A DNA stretch of 63,663 nucleotides, counting the filler, from Octopus bimaculoides (lineage: Eukaryota), in assembly GCF_001194135.2 (NCBI RefSeq). It is 9 parts of 7 records of this genome, joined end to end, with 100 filler letters (N's around TTAATTAATTAA, not from the genome) between each part and the next. Parts side by side here need not be neighbours in the genome. Positions count along the whole stretch, not along the records: positions 28,478 to 34,553 come from NC_069001.1; positions 34,654 to 48,043 come from NC_068988.1; 7 more parts are not named here. One strand, given 5' to 3'. Numbering within the stretch: position 1 is the stretch's first letter; every line of letters starts with the position of its first letter. The translations under genes and the position numbers were made by a program. Below the pieces are notes generated by a model. It did not search any database. It saw nothing but the letters and a program-made list of their open reading frames with translations, and was not told the origin of the DNA. Shown one piece after another: positions 28,893 to 42,092 of this stretch.

Positions 28893-29929
28893 TAAGAGAA
28901 GTCAAAAATTATCTGCACTTTCGCTATAATATATCTTTATTGTTGTCACCTTCTGCGTAGGTGTGCTTATAGTCGGTACTATTACGGTCACGTGATCGAA
29001 GTCTGAACTTGGTCACGCCATTTTCTTTCTGGCTTTACAGAGAAATCATGGCTACTCCACTAGCAATATGTACCAAAATAGAACTAAGAACAGTGATCCA
29101 ATTTCTCTGTTTGGAAGATATGTGGTGCTGAAATTCATCGGAAGCTTTTAGTACAATATGGGAACAGTGCACTACTGCGTAGAAGTGTGGATGCATAGAG
29201 TGAGAAGTGCAAATGTCTTGAGGTCTACCAACGTTTACTCATTCACTACAACAATGGGGTCGAGGAATGTTGGGGCACAATAGTCACAGGAGATGAAACG
29301 TGGGCTCTTCATTATGAGGCAGAATCCAAAAGACAGAGTAGAAACATCCTGGCTCGCCAGCGACGAAGAAATAATCCAAGACTCAGTCTTCCGTATGGAA
29401 GGTAATGCTAACCATTTTTTGAGATTCAAAAGGCCCTATACCGGAAGACTACTTGGAAGAGGGGTGCACAATTAACAGTGCAAGATAGAGTGCTTTGTTG
29501 GCCAACAAACTGAAGACAGCAATTCACACTAAACACTGAATCCTATTGTCAAAGAAAGTTTTGTTGCATGACAATGCACACTTACACACGGCCACCTAGA
29601 CCGTTGAAACCATTAACCAATTGGGTTTTGAGGTGTTGAAACACCCTGCCTACAGCCCAGATCTCACCTCTTCCAATTATTGTATTTTGGGATTGCTCAA
29701 AGATAGTTTATGAGGTCGTCGATTTCCTATGGATAAAGACATAAAGGGCTGCAGAACCAACCAAAAATTTTCTTTTGAAGGGAATATGTAAGCTTGTGGA
29801 CTGCTGAACCTAGTGTACCGAAAAGGAAGGAGACTATAAAGAAAATGGACGTACTTGTTTCCCCCTGCTTTTGTCTAAAATACATTGAAAAAACAAGAGT
29901 GTGTATACTTTTTGATTCTCCCTCATGTA
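28893..29929 (+). mobile_element. mariner (DD34D-type) transposon with internal deletion
   Basis: ATG at 29048 (MATPLAICTKIELRTVIQFL), GDETWALHYE, LLHDNAH, HPAYSPDL. Imperfect TIRs AAGAGAAGTCAAAAATTATCTGCACT / AGTGTGTATACTTTTTGATTCTCCCTCATGTA in TA context. Confidence 0.85.
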
Positions 29930-30134
29930 TATATATATCCTTATATACTTACTTTCATATGTAATATATAACTCCATTTGAACATGNNNNNNNNNNNNNN
30001 NNNNNNNNNNNNNNNNNNNNNNNNNNNNNNNNNNNNNNNNNNNNNNNNNNNNNNNNNNNNNNNNNNNNNNNNNNNNNNNNNNNNNNNNNNNNNNNNNNNN
30101 NNNNNNNNNNNNNNNNNNNNNNNNNNNNNNNNNN

Positions 30135-30168
<34 letters not shown>

Positions 30169-31326
30169 TTAGACATATATGTGTATACATATGCACACAT
30201 ACATAAACATATGTTATCGGAGCCTGCACTTTCACAGCTGAAACCAGATGTCTCATTCCCTATCCATCAGTTATACAAAATACAGCATGAAACTTTTGTA
30301 CGATAAACATACATTACAATTGTAATATATGCAGGTTGGCCAACATGGACTAAGAAATGTAATCATAGTGAAACGATGTGATTAAGATATACGAATATGA
30401 TACTTAGACTCTCAGAGAAAAGAATTAATTTTAGCTGAGAATATAAAAAACAAAATAACATATTCAACTCTTACTGAAATTCCAATGAAACCATTTTATG
30501 CAAAAATTATTCTGATTCCACGAAACATTATTGCTAAGAAACTTGGATCTTAACATCTATATACGTCTTTTCTCTTTTTGTACATCAGGCTCATGCATTA
30601 ATGCATGTAACAAAGGGCTTCGTAATAGTAATTGTAGCGATAAATTACATTCACTGTGCTAATGCTATGTAGTGCCATATGTAATCAAAAAACATTTTAT
30701 GTAGTTTAAATTTAAGGATCGATACTTATGAAAGTTCTTAGATATAAACACATCTTCAATTGCTATTAATTTCCAGATATCATGAGATTGTTTTAAAAAA
30801 AGATAAGATTAAGATAAATGATTATTGTTGTAAAACCTTTGCACTTTTCAGATAATACCGCACTGTGGTTAAAAACACAAAACTGTACCAGTGGCAGACA
30901 AAAATCGCACAGGATCATTGATGAGGATATTAGATATATGATTCTGCTTTGTTCAGCTTTGTCAGTATCGTATCCGCTGCTGGTTGTATACTAAGACAAA
31001 ATCCACCGCTAATGATAAAGGAAAACAGTGGATACATGCTACTGACAAAGCAGAAGTGTATATTAAATATTGTCACCGACACAACTGGGCGATTTTCGTT
31101 AGCTACTTCTTTTTTTTTATTTTAGGCTTGGTGCAGCCATAAGAGATGTTATCTCTCCAAAAATACCGCAGTTAATTTGCTTTTCGCTTTATATCTATTT
31201 TAAGTATGATATACAGAAGATTATTTTAAGTTAACCCTTTCCAAAGTTTTACTATATTGTGCAATAATAGTGGCCTAAGAATTATCTCAGACCCACGAAA
31301 ATTGTTTTAAAATTTGTTTTATGAAC

Positions 31327-31482
31327 AGGAGTGGCATTGTGGTAAGTAGCTTGCTTACCAACCACATGGTTCCGGGTTCAGTCCCACTGCGTGGCACCTT
31401 GGGCAAGTGTCTTCTACTATAGCCTCGGGCCGACCAAAACCTTGTGAGTGGATTTGGCAGATGGAAACTGAAAGAAGCCCGT

Positions 31483-31525
<43 letters not shown>

Positions 31526-31729
31526 TTGTGTATCTGTGTTTGTCCCCCCACCATCGCTTGACAACCGATGCTGGTGTGTTTACGTCCCCGTAACTTAGTG
31601 GTTTGGCAAGAAGAGACTGATAGAATAAGTACTAGGTTTACAAAGAATAAGTCCCGGGGTCGATCTTCTTGACTAAAGGCGGTGCTCCAGCATGGCCACA
31701 GTCAAATGACTGAAACAAGTAAAAGAGTA
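31327..31729 (+). mobile_element. Full-length tRNA-derived SINE family B with internal (TA)/(TG) tract
   Basis: AGGAGTGGC..TGTGGTAAGTAGCTTGC, B-box-like GGTTCAGTCCC, caccttgggcaagtgtcttctactatagcc, 3' catggccacagtcaaatgactgaaacaagtaaaagagta. Partial copies at about 27925-28065(-), 41825-41975(-), 48715-48905(+), 56474-56620(+), 59380-59440(-), 62178-62338(+). Confidence 0.85.
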
Positions 31730-32130
31730 TATATTTGTTTGCTTTGCTGCCTGTTTTTCAAACATATTTTGTTCGAAGATAAACCGAATCTTCAGTCATG
31801 TTAAAAAAGCATTAACATAACATTTACCTCTAAGACCTGCGCTATAAGAAGATGTCATTGATACTATTTCGCGATAACGGATTCAATGGCTGCTGTGGAA
31901 TAGTAGTTTTTTCTATTGGTAAATTTCGTAGATTTTACTTCGCAAATATGTGTCTTGAAATAGCTGACATAAGCAACAAAATTCACCAACACTAGAATAA
32001 AACAGTTTTACAAGCATGCAAAGTATATAAAAGGAACATGCATTATTTTTCTTGCACTATTACATTTTGTACACGTACAACTATCAGCATAAAAATGATT
32101 TATTCGTTTATATATAAATATACATATATA

Positions 32131-32161
<31 letters not shown>

Positions 32162-32517
32162 CATGTGTGCGTGTTTGTATTTGTGCTTGCTTTTATGTGC
32201 GCGCGTGCGTGTGTGTTGTGTATGCATGTCTTACATATTGCTTTGTATACTGTATTTTTATTACTACTTCTGTAACTGTCATCAAATTCTCACACAAAAG
32301 TTACTATGTTATACAGTAACATTCTTTTTTTTTTTTCGTATGTCAGCAAAATGGATTCTCAACGCTGTTGAGGAAAAAACACTGTATGCTCATAAAACTG
32401 GATGAGAGAAATTCAGAGTAAATTTTCATTTGGGAGGCTGTATAGTTTAATCAATTATCATTCTCTTTTGAACATTGAGTACCCTCTTTTAATCTCTTTA
32501 CGTTCTGTTTTGTATAT

Positions 32518-32567
<50 letters not shown>

Positions 32568-32902
32568 NNNNNNNNNNCACACACAGACACACACACATGT
32601 ATATGTGTGAAGGCGCGTGGCTTAGTGGTTCGACTCTTGCACTGACGATCGCTGGATCGGCGGTTCAATTCTCTGAGTGGGCGGCGCGTTGTGTTCTTGA
32701 GCAAAACACATCATTTCACGTTTCTCCAGTCCCCACTTTTGATCAGGGAGGAATATTGGCCTGGTTTCCTAGCCATTGGGGTGGCATTATTTGAAAGCTA
32801 AGACAATGCAAAAATGCATTGTAATCAGTTAATAGACTGGTCGGTCAAGTGGGCACGTGATTACGTGATATATTATATATGTATATATATATATATATAT
32901 AT

Positions 32903-33410
32903 ATACAAGGTACGATGGATAAATTGTTGCTGTTTTATATTTTAAATTTCGTGCATGTGCATTGTTTGTTTTTAATTTTGTCGACTGCACAGTGTAGTTG
33001 GATCAGTTGGGCACCATGTGTGAGAAAAACAGTACCATGACGCAATTTCCTCTGCCAGAAATTTGAAAATGACATGCTGTACTACTTAGCATTCGCACCG
33101 GAAGCTCCAGTTCGAACTTTTCAGAGTGCTTGGTCTCAATCTGAGGATAATGCATGTATCAAGAGTGATAAAAATCAAACATCCACTCAACTCTATGGTG
33201 TTTGGAGTAATCACTAGTGATGACGACGTTATGCCTCTATTTATCTTCCCACAGGGCCTCACCCTCAGCAGGAGGCCTACATCAAGTACCTGGAAAAGGT
33301 AGTGCTGCACTGGGTCAAGTGGGTGGCTACCGGAAGACCCTATGTCTGGCAACAGGACACTGCACCATGCCTCACAAGCAGGAGAACCAAGTCATTGCTG
33401 TCAGACAATT
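32903..33410 (+). mobile_element. Internally deleted maT/DD37D-like transposon fragment
   Basis: KHPLNSMVFGVITSDDDVMPLFIFPQG and GRPYVWQQDTAPC across frames; same broad lineage as the 35734 element. Confidence 0.8.
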
Positions 33411-34824
33411 TCTACTCCATTCAAAATTGCCATTGGTTTAATCTCCTACGTTGTTCATCATCACCCACCGTCTGTGAAAGACAACAAATCTGATGGCACT
33501 GATTCTACGGCATTGGAATTTTAGTGCCCTAGCCATGATAATAAAGCTTAGTTATTCCGCAAGACATAGACTCCAATTTTGTCTGAATCTAATACTTCAT
33601 CGATACAAAACATCCCCACTGATATCAATAAATATCACTGCTTTTCCGTATGATTTTCATGTATTCTTAGATTTAACTAACCTAAATGAAACAATTAACT
33701 GACAACTAACTAGATTTTTATGAAGAAGTTGATTCCTTTTCCATTATTTAGTATATATTATATTTTCCTTCATTTTCTCTTCATTTTCTTCCACAATTTT
33801 CAAAGGATGAGATTATACATATATAGCTCAAATATCATAACAATTTTGCTCACAATAAGACATTTGCTTAATATGTAGACATAGTATATATGTTTAAGAA
33901 TTTTATTTTGCGATCACAACGCCTCCTGTGAGATCCCACTGTGTCACATCTTGAGATAGTGGCTTCTATGAGAGCCATGGAATGTTCAAAGCATTGTGAA
34001 TGAAAATTGGTGAGTGGATAATGTCCATAGATGGGCTGTAGTTGTATTTCTGTGGTCCAGCCTTTCATACACAATTTCGATGATAATGTGAATGATATAC
34101 TTTCTATTGAATAACCAACCATTTTCACATTAATTCAAATTGCAAACAACTCAGGTTGCTGTCCTTTAGACATGTATGTTGAATCTAAAGTTTCAAATCG
34201 CTGCAAATTATTGGACGTGTTCGGTGACGCAAAATATTATTTCTCTCCTTGCTTAGTGTGGCATAAAAATTCTGCAGCTGAAGCCGAATTTCTTCGAGTA
34301 CTTATGAAATATTCTCAAGAAACATTCTAAAATATCCATTTCAGTTCTTCATGAAATGTCATTTAAGTGGAGGCTAAATACAAACTCTTTGAAGCTCGCT
34401 TTCGAGGTATCTGCATCCCTTTTATTTTTGTTTTTATTAAATTTAATAAGGACACTTTTCCAGTTTTTCTATTAAGATATCGATGCAGTTTATTAATTCT
34501 TGAGTTCGATCAAACTTATAATTTCTTTCATTTCATCTGAAATAGTAAAAGTTNNNNNNNNNNNNNNNNNNNNNNNNNNNNNNNNNNNNNNNNNNNNTTA
34601 ATTAATTAANNNNNNNNNNNNNNNNNNNNNNNNNNNNNNNNNNNNNNNNNNNNGAAATACTTCAAGTCTTTGGTCCTCAAGGCACAGAACATTGGCAAAC
34701 TTTTTCTTATCTGCTTCCCCTCTGGCTAAGTAAACTTGTCTCCTAGCTTCCCTTCTGGCAGTCTGATACAATTCCCTGCAACCTCCATTCTTCCAGTCCT
34801 TCCAAGCCTGTTTCTTTTGTCTAA

Positions 34825-34955
34825 TAACCCTTGACCCTGAAAAGATGAAAGGTAAAGTTGACCTTGGGATTTGAATTCAGAACATAAAGAACCAGAAGAA
34901 ATGTTGCAAAGCATCTCGTCCCATGCACTAATAATTTTGCCAGCTCATTGCCTTA
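34825..34955 (-). mobile_element. SINE family A copy, CpG-eroded
   Basis: ttgaccctgaaaagatgaaaggtaaagttgaccttgg versus tcgaccccgaaaggatgaaaggcaaagtcgacctcgg at 63393-63430. Confidence 0.8.
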
Positions 34956-35234
34956 ATAATAGTAATAATGACAATAATAACTTTCAATTTTGGTAATACT
35001 CCTTAAAATTTGAGGAGTTTTGGGTAAAATAAATTCTATTAATTCCAATATTTGATGAGTACTTCATTTTATCAGTCCCAACAGGATGAAAGATAAAATT
35101 AATCACAGTACAATAACTACATTAATGTAAATAAACAGTAATAACAGAGTGACAGCAAGAATTAGGAAAGGAATAATAATAAAGGTTAGAATGACAATAA
35201 GAATTAGACAAGGGCAGTCATAGAACAATCTTAC

Positions 35235-35351
35235 TCGTATAACTTTGAGAGATCCACTGAAGAGCTTGTTTCGTGCTGAAGCCAGTGTACAAACAGGATT
35301 ATCATGGGATTCAATAGCTTTTAGCATTTCTAATGTATCAATACTCCAGAC
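35235..35351 (-). CDS. TRAF7: TRAF7 WD40 exon: [39 protein letters not shown]
   Basis: tttgcag|GTCTGGAGT...GTTATACGA|gtaaga; 117 nt, phase 0/0. Matches recalled TRAF7 [39 protein letters not shown]. Confidence 0.95.
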
Positions 35352-35733
35352 CTGCAAACAAAATATTTGAATATATACAAGTACATATACACAGACTAAC
35401 ACATATATGTACTCTATATATACACAGCGCAGTTACACTATGTTTGCAACCACAAACTAACTAGTAACTGGGCAGCAAAGTAAAACACTAAAATTCAAGT
35501 GGATTAGATGAGATAGGTTTGAGGGGTTGGTAACAAAAAAATAGATAAAATAAAAGAATTAAAATATTTAAAAAAAACAGAAAAGTTTTTCTCCAACAAA
35601 GGGCTCACTCTGAAAATTTTGAAAGGCTTTCCTCACATTATTCTCACTATATTCAACTACAATATTACACTATACTACATTTAACCACACTTTACTCTAT
35701 CCATACCATACAACTATACATTATACACAAATA

Positions 35734-36851
35734 CAGGGTGTTCAGGCTAAATTTGATGATTTTTGTAATGTCTTCATTTTTCAGGAACAGTTTGATATAT
35801 TGTTGAACAGTTAACAGTATTGGAGAGCATAAAGATTTGAGTTGTAGTGGAGAAAAAGTTAGTTGACATGGAGGATTGGAAGCCATCTAAATATTGGAAA
35901 AGAGTTACCTGTATCATGATGATTCATGCTGGGTGTCAAAGTGCCAACATCACGACTGCTGCTCATTGCTTCATAAACACAATAAATACTGCAAGATGTG
36001 ACATGGATAGCTTTGATGATGACTATGAAGCCATGTCCAGCAAAAAGGGATACAGCAAGCATTCTGAGTTTGCCAGAGTTTGTCCAACAACTTCAGGACA
36101 AGGTGAAGGAAGATCCAAGCAAGGAAATCTGGGCTTTAGCAAGAAAGATGGATATTGGAGTTGCTGCCATGAAACTGGCCTTGAATGAGGACCTTTGCTA
36201 CCACTCATGCAATGGGTGCAAGGAACAAATTCTGACAGCCAAGGCCAAGGAGAACCACTTGACAAAAGCAAAGAAGCTTCTGAACAAACTGAGGCATCTT
36301 GTTTCTCTCAGATGAGAACTGCCAGAATCAGTCAAAAAACATCCAGAACAGGTTGCTTGCCTACAATCCATGTGATGTTCTATGTATCATGAAAATCAAG
36401 TTCCTCTTAAATATCATGATCTTTGGGTATGCCTCTGGTGAGGGTGACATCATGCTGCCCCACATCTCAATTCAGATGGCTATGTGAATCTGCTGGAGAC
36501 TGTGGTCAAACCCTGGCTGGAGATGGTTGCTGCTGAGACAGTGGGATTTGGCTCCTTGCAATACCTTCATAAAAAGCCAAAAATAGCTGTCAAAGAATTT
36601 CTACAACTTCACCAGCTCCAAGCCTCCTAATCCCCCTGATTGTAATCCCATGGATTATTATGTGTTGGGTGCAGCTGAGAAAGACACCAACTGCTCTACT
36701 TACAACACCAAGGCCAAGCTAATGGCCAAGATCAAGGAGGTGTTTAAAGATCTTGTCAGGGACACAGTGAGGAACGCATGCACCAGGTTTCAGAGATACT
36801 GTGTTTGCTTATCCTTTTATGCAAAATGTCAGATTTAGCCTGAACACACTG
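35734..36851 (+). mobile_element. Tc1/mariner DNA transposon (maT/DD37D-like), decayed, with TIRs and TA target site, in a TRAF7 intron
   Basis: TA|CAGGGTGTTCAGGCTAAATTTGA ... TCAGATTTAGCCTGAACACACTG|TA (23-bp TIR, 2 mismatches). Transposase remnants PEFVQQLQDKVKEDP, IMIFGYASGEGDIM, PPNPPDCNPMDYYVLG. Confidence 0.88.
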
Positions 36852-36853
36852 TA

Positions 36854-37160
36854 CATCATCATCATCATTGATTAACATCCGCTTTCCATGCTGGCATGGG
36901 TTGGATGGTTTGACTGAAGTCTAGAGAGCCAGAGGCTGCACTAGGCTCCAATCTGGCCTGGCAGAGTTTCTACAGCTGGATGCCCTTCCTAACGCCAACT
37001 ACTCCCAGAGTGTAGTGAGTGCTTTTTACGTGCCACCAGCACAGGAGCCAGTAAGGTGGGCCTGGCAATGATCACATTCGGATGCTTTTTATGTGCCACC
37101 GGCACAGGAGCCAGTCATGGGGTACTGGCATTGGCTACGATCGGTTGGTGCTTTTTATGA
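36854..37160 (-). mobile_element. RTE 3' UTR fragment with (GAT)n tail
   Basis: catcatcat...aacatccgctttccatgctggcatgggttggatgg...ggatgcccttcctaacgccaac matches the 3' end of the RTE at 42093. Confidence 0.85.
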
Positions 37161-38364
37161 GCTTTTTACATCACTATATCAAAATTATCTCACCTCCACA
37201 TTACATGTCTCAATTAATTTGTAACAATAACAATAACATCCATCAACTACCATTCCAACTAGTAGTTTCCGCAGTATATTTCTTCAGAAATAGCTTCTGT
37301 AAGATGGTAGAATATGGAGTTAGGGAGATATGGCTGTTATAGTTAACAGACAAAATAACTGCACAAAAGCTCCCAGTAACATGTGATGTTGGATCACTTA
37401 TAGGTTTCAATGAAGTGTTCTACTTATTCATTAAATTATGATGAAGATGGCTGAATATTCCACAAACATGTATACTTTTAAACTAATTGTCAAGCAGTTT
37501 CAGGTGAACTTTGAATTAAATGTACAGTCCATCCAGTGGGGTCTTACACAGTTCCCCTTTACTTAGTTTCCTTGACAAGTCTGGTTTGACCTGAGGCTAT
37601 GATATAAGACTGTCTGAGGCTAAGACAAAAGAATGTCTGAAGCTATAATAGGAAACTGTCTGAGGCTATGATAAGGGATAGGCAATTTCTATAATATTTT
37701 TTAATTAGCTGAGAACCAGGATAGTCTTCTTGGTTACAAAGTGGACAATAAATCTAGAGATCATCAGTTCATATTCTGCCACCAGTAGTACTGCAACATG
37801 TCCATGGTTACGAAATATACTTGATCCTTAGTTGTTGAGTATACTTCACTGTTCACAGGTACTGTAGGGTAGTGATATCATTTACAAAGGCTGTGCAGTA
37901 AAATTATTAGACATTTAAATCCATAATAAAAGGATTTGCTAGTTTATAGAAGTGAGTTCAATTCCTCCAGTAGAACTCAACCATGACAGAGCAACAAGCC
38001 ATGTGGATATGTCTCATGTATTAACATCAGAGACCCACTCCTATCCTTGAGAGTGGGATGGATCTGTGATATTAAATCCCTAACCCAATAGAATACAAAA
38101 ACTGATCCTGAAGTTTGTGGTGTTAAATCAATCATCCTTTATATGGTATGCTACTTTATTGCAGCTGATATCCTCCAATGTTTAAGTTACAAAATTACTC
38201 CAAACCATAAAATAATGTGATAACTTGATTAAAGACTTCATCAATCTCCCAGGAATTGTCATACTTTTTCCCTTTTGGAAACTTGAACTTAGTTTTGATA
38301 TGACTAGCAGAAGATTAAGGCATCTTGAGAAAATGTGAAAAAGTAAATAAAATATATTACTCAC

Positions 38365-38487
38365 AATGATGTTACAGTCATGTGACCCACTGTAGAGTTT
38401 GTTTCCATAAACACACAGAGCAAGAACAATACCTGTGTGTCCCTCAAGTGTTTTTGTACATTTATAGCTAGTACTGGTGTCCCACAC
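38365..38487 (-). CDS. TRAF7: TRAF7 WD40 exon: [41 protein letters not shown]
   Basis: ttttag|GTGTGGGAC...AACATCATT|gtgagt; 123 nt, phase 0/0. Matches recalled TRAF7 [41 protein letters not shown]. Confidence 0.96.
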
Positions 38488-39425
38488 CTAAAATATAATA
38501 AAGGTATAAATGTTATGGAAAATACCAAAAGGCATCACCACATACATGGATTATGTCCTAATTTAGTAAATGTAAACATATTTCAAGGGGAGATTGAAAA
38601 TGATTGTACTTCTAGTAGAATACCAGGTCATTGGTTTACACCCTGTTACTAACACAGGGTTGTGATCATGGTTAAGCCATTTAGCTGAATCCACCAAGCT
38701 CTAAACAGGTAGCTGGGGTGATATAACTTACTACTGTAGGCAATGGTAGTTGAGGACTGACTATGCCAAGTTCAATTCCTGTCATAGACTAGTGTTTTCT
38801 ACAAGAAGATATTATTTGTCTCACATTTGATTAATGCTAATTAAAGCAGAGAAAGTAGAGGATTGATGGATTTTTATCATTCAGAACAAGGGAATTTAAA
38901 TATTTTGTTCTTATTGTGAAGGAGTTTCTAACATACAGAAGTCATGGCATTAAAGATAACTCATTGTAATTCTCTAGACAGAGTATCTACAGGATTTTTA
39001 TTTTCAAGGAAGAATACACCTGATTGGTTTCCAGTTTGACACAGTGGCTTCATGTATAGGAGGAAAATAAAGCTTGTAAAAGAACCTGAACATTCTTTAG
39101 TACTATCAATAGGAATTAAACTGTTGGAAGCTACCAAAATCATAGAAATATTCAGTGAATGACAGATGAAGAGAATGTCCTGCAGAGCAAGCTGTATGTA
39201 AAATATAGATCAGAAGCCCAAGAATGTTCCATATTGCAATAAGGCATCACATTACAGACAGACTGCTTTGTTCTATGTCCATTTTCCAATGTTAATACAA
39301 GTTAGATGAATATATTAACAAGGCATTGTTTTAGAACTGGATGCTTTTCTGTCACTAATCCTTACTTAGTTTTCAAATAAATTTGGTCTTAAGCTGCATA
39401 TCTATTGTCAGTGGAAGTATGTACA

Positions 39426-39483
<58 letters not shown>

Positions 39484-39690
39484 TGTAATATCTATACCTA
39501 ACACTTTGGACAATTCTTATTTCATACATATATATATCAAATTGAATTTAAACATAATACTGGAGTCAACTGCAACCAATATTTCTAGGAACTAAAACTG
39601 TTTTTGATGAACATTGAATTCCATTAACTGAAAGAACATTTTAGAAGTAAGAATCATTCAAACATGTGATTAAGAAGGGAAAGTACGTAC

Positions 39691-39759
39691 CTTGATTGTT
39701 TTGTCTGAAGATCCACTGTACAAGTAATCACCAAAGACACACAGACACCATACAGGACC
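39691..39759 (-). CDS. TRAF7: TRAF7 WD40 exon: [23 protein letters not shown]
   Basis: catttcag|GGTCCTGTATGG...ACAATCAAG|gtacgt; 69 nt, phase 0/0. Matches recalled TRAF7 [25 protein letters not shown]. Not in the ORF track. Confidence 0.95.
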
Positions 39760-40149
39760 CTGAAATGTTCAACACTGATATACAAATATGTCTGACATTG
39801 TATTATATAAGCATACAGTCTCAGGTATTCGGAATGAAGAAAGAATGGTAAGAGGCAGTATGCCTGGCATTTGTAGCTGTATTCAGCATTAAACAGGGAA
39901 CAATTCCAAAGACCCATATTGTAAATTAGTTTGATGAGAACATAGCATTGCAGCCACCCCACCAGCGGCCACCAGCCACATCCCACAACCACTGCCATAC
40001 AACCATCAGTCACACCACCACTGTCAACATAACTGATGATATACTACTGTTACAACTTCTGAAATAGGTAAATATATGAAATGTGAGGAGTATGTGTGGT
40101 TGGGGTATTATCTGGAGGACATATATCTCATTTCACTTCTCACAAAGTT

Positions 40150-41400
40150 ATCAACCTCAGTGATTTCTTTGTTCACAACACTTTGTAACTCTTTTACTCA
40201 TCCCATGCTAATACTATTGGTGCAACAGCTGAGTGTTTTACAATCATCAACCCTCTTTATCAATTTGTCTTATCCCTTACTGATATTGCACACTGACATT
40301 CAGATATTCCAAATACTCTCCATCTCTTTCTCACCTTCTAAGTTCTACCAAACTGTAACTGTCATATATGTATCAGGCCATCTAACTAATGTATATCCAC
40401 ATACCACACAGTGTCCCTTAATTCTATACCCATGGCATGTCAGATGATTAGTCAGAGCTCTGCCAGGTTTATACCAACCATACCTGGCATCACATGTGCT
40501 TCACTCCTGACCTATCAGAAGTGATAGCTGGATGACGGAAACTATCCTTTAAGGCAAGTCCCTTCACATCAGTACAACCAATGGTTCATTCATAGTATTA
40601 TTGCAGCCATTTAGGCTGAAAACACAGACTACATGGTCTGTTTCAAATTTTGGCACAAGACCAGCAATTTCAGGGGAGGGGCTAAAACAATTACACCGAC
40701 CTCAGTGTTCAGGTACTTACTTTATTGACCTTGGCGGAATTTGAATGTAAAGATGGATGAAATACTGTAAAAGCATTTTGCCTGGCATGCTAACCATTCA
40801 GCCATCTCGCTGTCTTAACTGACCATTTTATATCAATGCTGGTACAGATTACAGCACCCTCTACACTATACATACATGGCAAATCTTCTCCAATTCTATC
40901 TCTTTCCACTCTCCCAGGTCCACCACCTTGCACACATATACAAAGTGTGAAAGTATCTTTGCTCACTTCAAACCAACTAGACTGCTGGCCCTGACAGTTG
41001 TCCCTACCCTTCCTTTCAAACACTGTACTTCAAAACTGGTCCCTACACTCACCTAACTCTTCAATCTCTCCCTCTCTATAGGGTGTAATAGGTGATCATG
41101 AGAAACACATAAACAGTATGCCCCATTCTCCATAAAGACAATCTCTCTCGCCCTGACACTTATCCTAAGGTTATGGAGACAGGCATTAACAATGTCTTCA
41201 AAACCTTAAGTCACTATCTTCCTTTAATGACCACAAGGATGGTTTCTGAAAAGCTAGATCCATTGGTGACTCACTCCCCTCTATCACCCATCAGTGGGCT
41301 CTTGCCATACCAAAATTTGATGAAAGCAATGCTGTCTCCCTCAACACCATCAAAGAAAGCTTTGAACTGCATCTGGCATGCAAATCTCTCTTAAAATATC
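40150..41400 (+). mobile_element. Highly decayed Jockey/CR1-like LINE fragment interrupted by a SINE at 40637-40815
   Basis: Frameshifted remnants AGPD, LFNLSLS, PILHKDNLSRP, KVMET, HQWALAI and a degenerate DISKAFD-region block. Confidence 0.55.
40637..40815 (-). mobile_element. SINE family A copy, CpG-eroded, nested in a LINE remnant
   Basis: aaattttggcacaagaccagcaatttcagggg...gatggatgaaatactgtaaaagcattttgcctggcatgctaac. Confidence 0.8.
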
Positions 41401-42092
41401 TCACCTATATGTTCCATCCATCTCTTATCTCTTGGATTAGTATCTTGTTATCATATGCTGTGTGTTAACAGAACTCTTTCTGACCCTTTTTTTGGCATGC
41501 CTCAAGTTTCTGTCTTCTGTCTCTTGCTTCTCTACATCAATGCCTTATTGATCATCACATCCCCAAAAAACCCATCATTTGATAAAAAAACACTACTCTT
41601 TATTATCTACTTTTTCATGCTTGTATGGGTCAGATAGTGTTTACTGAGGCAGATTTTCTGTGGCTGGATGCCCTTCCTGTCACCAACCCTCACCTGTTTC
41701 CAAACAAAGTAATATTTTTCTATAGCCAGGTATGTTTTCATTGAATATTGGAAATGAATGACACTGCTTTTATTACACAGACATTCATTTATAATAATCA
41801 TGTGATGTCAAAGAGACACAAATGTATACACACTCAAATACACACACATGACAGGCTTCTTTCAGTTTGTCTACCAAATCCACTTACAAGACTTTGGTCA
41901 ACCCAGAGCTATAATAGAAGACACTTGCCCATGGTATCACACAGCGAAAGTGAATCCCAAACCATGTGGTTGGGACTGATGTGTGAGCCATAATGGACCC
42001 CTACCTGTACATTAAATTCTTTACTGAGTTTATTGCTGACTCTGTGTGTGTGTGAGTGTGTTTGTGTAATTAGGATGATGATGATATACACA

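Noticed and set aside
33870-34420. Possible very old mariner N-terminus on the minus strand
   Set aside because: Only faint resemblance (AAEFLCHTKQGE); no catalytic motifs or TIRs.
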